DNA from: an uncultured Myxococcales bacterium
GTDB lineage: Bacteria; Myxococcota; UBA4151
DNA: 18,168 nt
Direction of reading: 5' to 3'
Assembly: GCA_964013405.1 (NCBI GenBank)
Contig: CAXGWI010000066.1
Location: 1-18,168, forward strand
Shown here: piece by piece, positions 8,326 to 16,238 of the stretch
Layout of the letters: each line of letters starts with the position of its first letter
Position numbering within the stretch: the stretch's first letter is position 1
Notes under the pieces: model-generated
The model's database searches: none
Seen by the model: only the letters and a program-made list of their open reading frames with translations
Told to the model about the DNA's origin: nothing
Translations under genes and position numbers: made by a program

Positions 8326-10017
8326 ATGCTGATTTCTCGGATGGCGCCAGTTGCACCGGTCTCCCCCATCGGCTTGGTCGTGCTGCTCCTCGCAGGTTGT
8401 GGTGGCACGGTGGATGCCTTTGATCCCGACGGCAATTTCGAGCCGGACCACGTGCTCCAGGTCGCCATTGAGATGGACGAGGCTGACTGGGACGCGCTGC
8501 GACACCAAAGCCGCAGCTTTATGACCGAGCTCAGCGGCGATTGCATGGCTCAGCCCTTCACGAAGCCCTACACCTACTTCCATGCTTCGATCACCGTGGA
8601 CGGCTACCATCTGCCGGACATCGGGATCCGCAAGAAGGGCTTCATCGGCTCCCAGAGCACGAAGAAGCCCGGGTTTCGATTGAATCTTGATGAGTTTGTG
8701 TCCGGTGCGGAACTCTTCGGCAAAGACAACATGACCTTGAACAATGGCGTTCAAGATCCTGCGCTGATCCGCCAATGCCTGACCTATGATCGTTTTCGAG
8801 CGGCTGGCCTGCCCGCGCCCCGTTGCAATTTCGCCCGGGTGTCGATGAATGGTCGGGATCTAGGCATCTACGTCCATGTGGAGCCCATCAAACGCTCCTT
8901 CTTACGGGCCCAGTTCGGCAGCGATGAAGGCAGCCTCTACGAGGGCACACTGAGCGACTTTCGCGAGGGTTTTCTTGCCACCTACGAGCCCAAGACCGAC
9001 GTCACCGACCTCGCGTTGACCCAGGTCCGAGCCCTGACGGCGGCCTTGGAGTCATCGGAATCGAAACGCAGTGTCTTGGAGCGTTTTTTCGACTTCGACC
9101 AACTCCTCAGCCACCTGGCGATGGAGACGATCACAGGGCATTGGGACGGCTATGCGGGCAACCGGAACAACTATTACCTGTATCTCCATCCCGATGACGG
9201 CAAGTTCCACCTGATCCCCTGGGGCGCCGACGGGACCATGCGTAAGGAGCGACTCGAAGAGCACCCCTACTCCAAGGGCGCCGTCGCACACCATGTACTC
9301 AAACGCCCCGAGCTTCGGGAGGCCTTCGCAGAAAGAACCCGAACCTTGCTCGACAGCATCTGGGTCGAATCCGAGGTGTTGGCTGAGGTGGACCGCATGG
9401 AGGCCTTGATCGGGACTGAGATCGACACCGAACCGCTCCAACCCGCACTCGAAGGCCTCAAGGCCTACATCGAAGACCGGCGGAGCCGCCTTGAGCGACG
9501 ACTGGACAACCCGCGGGTCGAAGACATGCCCTCCGCCTACTGCCTGGCTGAAACCGGTCAGATCGAAGCCCATTTCAAAACCACCTGGGGCTCCCTCAAT
9601 AACAATCCGGATTTGACCCGGGCCGGCGACCTAGAGATCGATATGGAATGGGGTGAAGGCCCCACCCGATTCGTTCGGGCCGGCATCGGTGCTGGCTACT
9701 CCGACGACGACGGGCGCCCGCTGATCGCCATCGTTGGGCTACTGGATGAGGCCCGAGGCGCCATGTTCATCCCCTTCGTGCACTTTGATCCCAACCAAGT
9801 CGAAGCGGGCGAATCCATCAGCATCGGTGGTTTAGGCGTCGAGGGCGGCGCCAGCGGTGGCATTCTCTATCGAGACAACGCGAGGCCCAACTTGAGCCAG
9901 GCGGGATTTTTAGGCGAGGGGTCGCTGCAGTTCGACCGCTTTGGCGCGGGGCCGGGCGATCCCGTTGAGGGTGTCCTTGAGAGCAAGATCTTCTCCTGGC
10001 AGGAACAACGGCCTTAG
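8326..10017 (+). CDS. CotH kinase family lipoprotein
   Basis: Lipobox LLLAGC. CotH motifs IGIRKKGFIGS, KPGFRLNLDEF, LNNGVQDPALIRQCLTYDRFRAAGLPAPRCNFARVSMNG, LGIYVHVE, GSLYEG, WDGYAGNRNNYYLY and IPWGAD. About 150-aa extra C-terminal domain. Alternative start 8341. Confidence 0.9.
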   Translation: MLISRMAPVAPVSPIGLVVLLLAGCGGTVDAFDPDGNFEPDHVLQVAIEMDEADWDALRHQSRSFMTELSGDCMAQPFTKPYTYFHASITVDGYHLPDIGIRKKGFIGSQSTKKPGFRLNLDEFVSGAELFGKDNMTLNNGVQDPALIRQCLTYDRFRAAGLPAPRCNFARVSMNGRDLGIYVHVEPIKRSFLRAQFGSDEGSLYEGTLSDFREGFLATYEPKTDVTDLALTQVRALTAALESSESKRSVLERFFDFDQLLSHLAMETITGHWDGYAGNRNNYYLYLHPDDGKFHLIPWGADGTMRKERLEEHPYSKGAVAHHVLKRPELREAFAERTRTLLDSIWVESEVLAEVDRMEALIGTEIDTEPLQPALEGLKAYIEDRRSRLERRLDNPRVEDMPSAYCLAETGQIEAHFKTTWGSLNNNPDLTRAGDLEIDMEWGEGPTRFVRAGIGAGYSDDDGRPLIAIVGLLDEARGAMFIPFVHFDPNQVEAGESISIGGLGVEGGASGGILYRDNARPNLSQAGFLGEGSLQFDRFGAGPGDPVEGVLESKIFSWQEQRP

Positions 10018-13000
10018 CCCAAAACGAACATCAGATCTCCGGCATCGATCTTCTGACTGAGCCCCGCACAGACCTCTTTGACGGTCCCAGCCACGGGCGC
10101 ACGGATCTGTGTCTCCAGTTTCATCGCTTCGACCACCCCAAGGATATCCCCTTGGGCCACCACGTCGCCGGGCGCGACTGCGAGACTCCAAACCTGCCCA
10201 GGCATCGGTGCCCCAACCTGTCCCGGCACCAAAGGATCCGCCTGGCGGACCGTACTGCTCGGGTCCACTGCGCTCTCATCGAGCACACGGACTGAACGGG
10301 GCTGACCATTGAGCATAAAGTGAACGATGCGCGTCCCATCGGGCCGCACATCGCCGATGGCTGTCAGGGTAATGACGAGGCTCTTCCCCGGTTCGATCTC
10401 CACTTGAACCTCATGGTCCGAAGGCAGTCCATAGAAGAAGATACTCGTTTCGAGGAGGCTCACATCGCCATAGCGTTTGCGATGTTTGAGGTAATCCATC
10501 ACCTCCCGTGGGTAGAGCGCGTAGCTGAGTTCGAGCTCCTCGGTCACGGGGACTGTAGCGACCCGCTCTAGCTCCTGGCGGCACTTGGCCCAATCATAAT
10601 CCGGAAGCTCCGGCGTCCGGGGTCCCGTCGGTGCAGGTCCGGCCTCCGGTCCCAAGACCACAGCCCGCAAAGCCTCAGGTAGACCGCCCTCTGGGACACC
10701 GATGGCCCCTTTAAAGAACTCGATCACAGAGATTGGGAGGTCATCCCGATGGCCCCCATCCATCAAGGCATCAACGGTCAGGCCCTGCCGAACCAGCCAC
10801 AACGCAAAGTCACCCACCACCTTGGAGCTCGGCGTGACCTTCACAATGTCACCGCAAGCGAAATTCACCTCCCGATAGGCCTGGCGAATGTCAGCCCATT
10901 GCTCGGCGAGGCCCACGGCTAAGGCTTGAGGCTTCAGGTTGGAGTACTGACCGCCGGGAATCTCATGGTGGTAGACATCGGCACCACTGGCCATGAGCCC
11001 AGACTCGAAGGGCCCATAAAGGGTCCGAACCCCTTCCCAATAGTCGCTGAGTTCCTGCAGCCCGCTTAACGCCATCTCCGTGGCCCGCTCGGAGCCGGCC
11101 AAAGCCGCGACGAGACTGTTTAGATTCGGCTGACTCGTCAGTCCACTCATGGACGCGATGGCCACATCCACTGCATCGACACCTGCCGCGCTTGCAGCGA
11201 GGAGCGTTGCGACACCGTTGCCGGCCGAGTCGTGCATGTGCAGATGCAGTGGAAGATCCACCTCACGGCGCAAGGCCTCGACCAGCTCCTTCGCCTGGTT
11301 CGGCTTCAAGAGCCCGGCCATATCCTTAATGGCCAGGATATGTGCACCGGCTTCAGCAGCCTCGTTCGCCTTCCGCAGATAGTAATCGAGGTGATAAAGG
11401 GGCCGATCGGGGTCGTGGAGGTCCCCGGTAAAACAAATGCAAACTTCGGCGATCTTGCCGGCGTTCCGTGTCTCCTCGATACAGGCCGTCATCGCCTCGA
11501 TCTGATTGAAACAGTCGAAGATGCGAAAGACGTCGACGCCAGTGACGGCCGCCTGACGAATAAAGCGACGAACGACCTCCTCGGGGTAATTGGAGTAACC
11601 CACTGCGTTGGAGCCCCGCACCAACATCTGCAACAAGGTATTGGGCATGACTTGCCGGAGCTTCCGGAGGCGATCCCAAGGGTCTTCCCGCAGGAAGCGA
11701 TAGCTCACATCGAAGGTCGCCCCACCCCAGACCTCGGCGCTGAAGAGCCCGGGCAGGCGGTCCTCCATCGCCCCAGCGACCCGAACCATGTCGTAGGTAC
11801 GCATACGGGTCGCAAGGAGTGATTGATGGGCGTCACGCAGGGTGGTGTCGGTCAGGCAGAGCCCCTTCTGCGCCCGCAGCCACTGGGCCACGGCCCTGGG
11901 CCCTTCCCGGTCCAAAAGGGCCTTCGGGGTCTCTGTTACCCCCGGTTGCACCAAACGCTCGGGTAATTTCGCATCGATCACGACCGCTGGTCTCGCCAAC
12001 TTCTCGTCAAAGCCTGGAGGACCATTAACGGAGGTGTCCGCGATGGCCTTCAGTAAGCGGTTTGCTCGGTTTCGTCGGCGCGGGATCTCAAAAAGTTCCG
12101 GGCTCCTGGTGAGGAACTCGGTGTCGATGGCCCCTTCGAGAAAGGCATCGTGTCCTAAGATGTTTTCTAAGAACGGAATGTTGGTGGCCACTCCGCGTAT
12201 ACGAAACTCTTTTAGGCTGCGCGTCAGTTTGCCTGCGGCCCGGGCATGGTCGAGGGCATGGGCAGAGACTTTCACCAACAAGGAATCGTAGTGAGGGGTG
12301 ATGATGGCCCCGGTCCCGGCGATGCCCGTGTCCAGGCGAATGCCGAAGCCGGCAGCGGAGCGATAGGTCACGACCTGACCCGTATCCGGCGCGAAATTTC
12401 GTTTCGGGTCTTCCGTGGTCACTCGGGCTTGAATCGCCGCCCCGTAATGCCAGATCGCCGCCTGGTCACCGATGCCTAACTCCTCCAGACGGGCCCCCTC
12501 CGCCAAACGAATCTGGCTCTGGACGATATCCACGCCGGTGATCATCTCCGTGATCGTATGCTCCACCTGCAAACGAGGGTTCACTTCAATAAAATAGAAG
12601 GCCCCATCGGGACCGATCAGGAACTCAACCGTCGCGGCACTCGAGAGCCCGGCTGCCCGCCCGATCGCTAAGGCCGCTTCATAGAGCTTTTCCTTCAGCG
12701 AGGCTTCCAGACCGATGGCTGGGGCGACTTCGACCACTTTTTGGTGGCGTCTTTGGACTGAGCAGTCCCGCTCGAAGAGGTGGACAAGACCGCCGTGCTG
12801 GTCGCCGAGTAACTGCACCTCAACGTGCCGGGGCCGATCCACCAGTTTCTCGATAAAGAGCGCGCCGCGACCGAAGGCACTCTCGGCTTCTCGGCGGGCC
12901 GACTCGAGCCCCTCTAAGAGCTCCCGCTCATTGTGAACCCGGCGCATGCCCCGGCCGCCGCCGCCAAAGGCTGCTTTGACCATCAGGGGATAACCGGCTT

Positions 13001-13463
13001 CGGCCGCAAAACGGAGGGCATCTGCGGGATCGGACACCGGCTCGTCGGTCCCAGGAATCACCGGGACGCTCGCTCGTTTGGCGAGGGCCCGGGCGCTGAC
13101 TTTGTCCCCGAGGGAAGCCAGGACCGCTGGGGAGGGGCCGATGAAAAGGATGCCTTCCTCCTCACAGCGCCTCGCAAACTCAGCGTTCTCACTCAAAAAG
13201 CCGTAGCCCGGGTGGATCGCATCGACGCCGCGATCCTTGGCGATTTCGAGAATCGCATCGATGTCCGAGTAGGCCTTGAAGGGCTCACCTTCCTCACCAA
13301 TCTGCCAGGCTTCATCGGCCTTGTACCGGTGAATACTCAATCGATCCTCGTGGCTGTAGACAGCGACGGTGCGGATGCCGAGTTCGGTGGCGGCACGACA
13401 GAAGCGGACCGCGACCTCCCCTCGGTTGGCGACCATCGCGGTGCGAATCCCTCGGTTAGACAT
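10014..13463 (-). CDS. pyc: Pyruvate carboxylase (single-chain, 1149 aa)
   Basis: Biotin carboxylase motifs ANRGEVA, HPGYGFLSEN, GGGGRGMR, ERDCSVQRRHQK and EVNPRLQVEH. Carboxyltransferase motifs RDAHQSL, WGGATFD, AIKDMAG, HMHD, EIPGGQYSN and VKVTPSSK. Biotin carrier motif EAMKLE. RBS AGGGGAG. Confidence 0.98.
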   Translation of the reverse strand: MSNRGIRTAMVANRGEVAVRFCRAATELGIRTVAVYSHEDRLSIHRYKADEAWQIGEEGEPFKAYSDIDAILEIAKDRGVDAIHPGYGFLSENAEFARRCEEEGILFIGPSPAVLASLGDKVSARALAKRASVPVIPGTDEPVSDPADALRFAAEAGYPLMVKAAFGGGGRGMRRVHNERELLEGLESARREAESAFGRGALFIEKLVDRPRHVEVQLLGDQHGGLVHLFERDCSVQRRHQKVVEVAPAIGLEASLKEKLYEAALAIGRAAGLSSAATVEFLIGPDGAFYFIEVNPRLQVEHTITEMITGVDIVQSQIRLAEGARLEELGIGDQAAIWHYGAAIQARVTTEDPKRNFAPDTGQVVTYRSAAGFGIRLDTGIAGTGAIITPHYDSLLVKVSAHALDHARAAGKLTRSLKEFRIRGVATNIPFLENILGHDAFLEGAIDTEFLTRSPELFEIPRRRNRANRLLKAIADTSVNGPPGFDEKLARPAVVIDAKLPERLVQPGVTETPKALLDREGPRAVAQWLRAQKGLCLTDTTLRDAHQSLLATRMRTYDMVRVAGAMEDRLPGLFSAEVWGGATFDVSYRFLREDPWDRLRKLRQVMPNTLLQMLVRGSNAVGYSNYPEEVVRRFIRQAAVTGVDVFRIFDCFNQIEAMTACIEETRNAGKIAEVCICFTGDLHDPDRPLYHLDYYLRKANEAAEAGAHILAIKDMAGLLKPNQAKELVEALRREVDLPLHLHMHDSAGNGVATLLAASAAGVDAVDVAIASMSGLTSQPNLNSLVAALAGSERATEMALSGLQELSDYWEGVRTLYGPFESGLMASGADVYHHEIPGGQYSNLKPQALAVGLAEQWADIRQAYREVNFACGDIVKVTPSSKVVGDFALWLVRQGLTVDALMDGGHRDDLPISVIEFFKGAIGVPEGGLPEALRAVVLGPEAGPAPTGPRTPELPDYDWAKCRQELERVATVPVTEELELSYALYPREVMDYLKHRKRYGDVSLLETSIFFYGLPSDHEVQVEIEPGKSLVITLTAIGDVRPDGTRIVHFMLNGQPRSVRVLDESAVDPSSTVRQADPLVPGQVGAPMPGQVWSLAVAPGDVVAQGDILGVVEAMKLETQIRAPVAGTVKEVCAGLSQKIDAGDLMFVLG

Positions 13464-13617
13464 TTAATCTCCCCTTGAGAAGATTAGTGCGCTCACGGGC
13501 TTTCGCCAATGGGCACCTTGACCGGTGGAATCACCACCTTCCCAGCCCAAGTTGCAAAGCCATCCCCTTTGGATTTAGGGGCGAAGGGCCCTACCGTTCC
13601 ATTGGAGGAGAGGGTCT

Positions 13618-14034
13618 ATGATCCGAACCCTGGCCCGCTTCTTGGTCGCCCTCTTCTTTGTCTCCGTGGGGGTGCGGCATTTTACCGACGCCCAGGCTTT
13701 CGTCGGGATCATGCCCCCCTACCTCCCCTGGCACCTCGAGTTGGTCTACATCAGCGGCGTCTTCGAGATTCTCGGCGGCATCGGCTTGTTGATTCCCGCT
13801 ACCCGACGGCAAGCCGGTTTTGGACTGTTACTCCTGCTGCTCGCTGTCTTTCCGGCCAATATCCATATGCTGGTCAACGAGGTCTACTTTGCTGACATGC
13901 CCAAGGAGCGATGGCTACTTTGGGCCCGACTGCCCCTACAACTGGTCTTCGCAGTTGCTGTGCTCTGGGTCGCCGAATTAGGCAGCCAAGCCCCGTCGCA
14001 AGAGCTGCCCAACCAGGCAGGTACGAGCCCCTAA
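13618..14034 (+). CDS. DoxX-like membrane protein
   Basis: Four hydrophobic segments with the pattern GVRHF...MPPYLPW...VYISGVFEILGGIGLL...AVFPANIHM...LWARLPLQ. GGAGG upstream. Confidence 0.85.
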   Translation: MIRTLARFLVALFFVSVGVRHFTDAQAFVGIMPPYLPWHLELVYISGVFEILGGIGLLIPATRRQAGFGLLLLLLAVFPANIHMLVNEVYFADMPKERWLLWARLPLQLVFAVAVLWVAELGSQAPSQELPNQAGTSP

Positions 14035-14063
14035 ACCAACCACAAACTGATGAAGATGAGTCC

Positions 14064-14333
14064 ATGTCGGTTCTGATCGAACTCAGAGCGGAACAATGCG
14101 TCGAAGCCAAACGGTTCGACGCCCCCGCCGCCACCTTCCGACGTGTGGCTGACATCCATCACGACACCGACAACCGGGCCGGACTTGCGCTCGGTCAAGA
14201 GATGATCGCCAAGCAACTCCCCGAGTACCTAGAGCAGTTCGGTGCTGATCCGGAGAAGGTGCGGGCGAAGATCGAGCGCATGCGCCACGACTGGTTCGCC
14301 TATGAAGGCAAGGCCGACGAAGCGCGCCCTTCG
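14064..14333 (+). pseudogene. Probable C-terminal remnant of a PAP2/vanadium-haloperoxidase-superfamily gene
   Basis: This stretch between DoxX and TetR has protein-like composition and GC-rich third codon positions. RRVADIHHDTDNRAGLALGQE (from 14139) resembles the third active-site motif R-x-x-(G)-x-H-x-x-x-D-x-x-AG-x-x-LG. Motifs 1 and 2 are absent, and the frame runs on antisense into TetR up to 14642. Confidence 0.5.
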
Positions 14334-14897
14334 CTAATTGAGGGAGGCGCCGGCTGGCGGCCCTTGAAACAACAACTGCTCAAGGGCCTTGAATCGATCA
14401 CTGGCGTCGTCCAGGTCAGGCTCGAGCAGACCTTGAATCAAACCGCCGAGGACCAAGGCCCAAGCCCCAGGCCCCAGGCCGACCTGAGCCTCAAACTCCC
14501 GGCGATAACTCGCACTCGCCTGGGCGACCAAATGCTGGGAGGCCTGATCATCGCCTTTGTGCCGCTGAAAGTCGAAGACCAACAACAGCACCCGACGCAG
14601 ATCCATTTGGTTCGCAACGATCCAACCAAAGATGAGCTGTAAGCGCTCCCTCGAAGTCAAATCGTCGCTGAGCTGGGCTGTCGCTGCGCTAAGGTCTCGG
14701 GCCACGACCCGAAGCACCATCGCTTCAAAAATGACGTCTTTCGACTTGAAGTAGTGATAAAGGGTCCCGGTCGTAACCCCCAAGCCCCGGGCCAAGTCCC
14801 GCATGGAGAGGGCTGCATAGCCCCGGTCCGCAAACAGTTCGAAGGCCCCATCGAGGAGCTCTGCCCGTTGTTTTTCGTGGTCGACGACTTTGGGCAC
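14334..14897 (-). CDS. TetR/AcrR family transcriptional regulator, downstream of alkB
   Basis: HTH MPKVVDHEKQRAELLDGAFELFADRGYAALSMRDLARGLGVTTGTLYHYFKSK. The GTG start shares one base with the alkB stop (TAGTG). Confidence 0.93.
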   Translation of the reverse strand: MPKVVDHEKQRAELLDGAFELFADRGYAALSMRDLARGLGVTTGTLYHYFKSKDVIFEAMVLRVVARDLSAATAQLSDDLTSRERLQLIFGWIVANQMDLRRVLLLVFDFQRHKGDDQASQHLVAQASASYRREFEAQVGLGPGAWALVLGGLIQGLLEPDLDDASDRFKALEQLLFQGPPAGASLN

Positions 14898-15961
14898 TAG
14901 CTGACCGGAATGGCCTCTGCCCGCTCCACCATATGGGCATCGAGGCGAGCATGCATGAGGGCAAAGAAGAGGGGCGGAAACAAAGCCACGACAATCATCC
15001 CTGGATAACCCGTCGGCAATTGGGGAGCTTCATCGAAGTGCCTTAACACCGGGTAAGGCCGGCGAGGGTGGGCATGATGATCACTGTGACGAGTCAACTC
15101 GAACAACAGGAGCCGACCCAGGAGGCAGTTGGAGTTCCACGAATGGGCCGGCTCCACCTTGGACCACCGCCCCGACGCATCCTGGGATCGGCTCAAACCA
15201 TAATGCTCGAGGTAGTTGACCGTCTCCAACAGCAAGGCCCCCACGAGGGCCGCCGCCGCAAAGGCGAACAAAGCCGCAAGGCCCAGTGCCCAGGTGAGGA
15301 ACACGAGGGCCATGCCCTGAACGACTTGCAGCCGCAGCATCTCATTGTGCCAACCGAAGATGGCCTGATTGCGCCGACGGCATCGATCGAACTCAAGACG
15401 CCACGCGTTCATCCAACCACCGGCCATCGAGCGCAGCCAAAAGGTTTGCAACCACTCGCCGCGCCGGGCGGAGGCTGGGTCCTCGTGGGTGGCGACCATG
15501 GCATGGTGACCTCGGTTATGTTCGATGAAGAAATGGGCGTAAAGAGAAGTGCTCAGCAGATATTTGGCCAGGAACTGGTCCAACTTGCCCGTGCGGTGAC
15601 CCAGTTCATGGCCGATATTAATCCCCAGCGCACCACAGCAGATCCCCGCGGAGAGGATGCCGCCCCAGTACGCTGCACCGCTGGGCCCAGTCCCAATAAG
15701 CCAATAGAAAAAGGCAAAGAGCACTGCGGTCTGAACGGGGATGGTCGTGTAGATGATGGCGTCGTAGCGCCAATTCTTCAGGCGGTCTCTGACCGCCTCA
15801 GGCTCGGGGTTGTGGGTTGGAGCCGGCAGGAGCAGTTCGGCCAATGGGATCAAGCCAAAGACCACGAGGGGCGCCATCCAGAGCCATAATCCCCCGAAGG
15901 CGAAGCCCAGGAGGGCAAGAGCGGGGACCAGGAAGAACGCACTATAGTGGAAAGGAGCCAT
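14897..15961 (-). CDS. alkB: Alkane 1-monooxygenase (AlkB family membrane di-iron hydroxylase)
   Basis: All four His boxes present: HELGH, EHNRGHH, NYLEHYG and LTRHSDHH. Also HEDPASAR, HSWNS and PQLPTGYPGM. Multiple TM segments; 354 aa; no fused rubredoxin. Confidence 0.93.
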   Translation of the reverse strand: MAPFHYSAFFLVPALALLGFAFGGLWLWMAPLVVFGLIPLAELLLPAPTHNPEPEAVRDRLKNWRYDAIIYTTIPVQTAVLFAFFYWLIGTGPSGAAYWGGILSAGICCGALGINIGHELGHRTGKLDQFLAKYLLSTSLYAHFFIEHNRGHHAMVATHEDPASARRGEWLQTFWLRSMAGGWMNAWRLEFDRCRRRNQAIFGWHNEMLRLQVVQGMALVFLTWALGLAALFAFAAAALVGALLLETVNYLEHYGLSRSQDASGRWSKVEPAHSWNSNCLLGRLLLFELTRHSDHHAHPRRPYPVLRHFDEAPQLPTGYPGMIVVALFPPLFFALMHARLDAHMVERAEAIPVS

Positions 15962-15971
15962 GACACCGACC

Positions 15972-16016
15972 TTTATATAACAACCGTAATAAATAAAATA
16001 ATCGCCCGGTTGTCAA
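15972..16016 (-). promoter_or_regulatory. Probable sigma70-type promoter and operator for alkB-tetR
   Basis: Very AT-rich patch in a GC-rich window. Perfect TTGACA on the minus strand (16016-16011) followed by TATTTTATTTATTAC; the exact -10 box is ambiguous. Imperfect palindrome TATAAC-AACC-GTAATA at 15976-15991. Confidence 0.65.
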
Positions 16017-16219
16017 GCGGCTCCCTCATCATCTTCATCGGAAGAATGACGGCTCGAAGGCCCACTGAAGCCCAAGAAGAGGGCACCAGCGATCAATCCG
16101 AGGAGGAGGAGCTCCCGGCCCAGCGTCACCAGGCCAGACTGGGAATCCCCCAGCAACAGGCTCGCCCCCAAGACGAGGAGGACAACCCCACTCCAGATCA
16201 GCCAGGGATAGCGACCCAT
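16013..16219 (-). CDS. Small hypothetical membrane protein (68 aa, two TM helices, acidic tail)
   Basis: Two hydrophobic stretches (WLIWSGVVLLVLGASLLLG and LLLLGLIAGALFLGF). Starts 19 bp after the stop of the co-oriented upstream gene and fills the gap. No clear RBS. Confidence 0.55.
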   Translation of the reverse strand: MGRYPWLIWSGVVLLVLGASLLLGDSQSGLVTLGRELLLLGLIAGALFLGFSGPSSRHSSDEDDEGAA

Positions 16220-16238
16220 GCCCGTGAAGACAGGCGGC

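Noticed and set aside
8284..8775. 164-aa N-terminal extension of the VTC ORF (track ORF 7459..8775)
   Set aside because: It is antisense to the CotH gene. VTC similarity begins after ATG 8283, which has its own RBS.
10014..13463. Unusual features in pyc, such as AMKL instead of AMKM
   Set aside because: This is a conservative variant with the biotinyl Lys intact. The gene is otherwise ordinary and full length.
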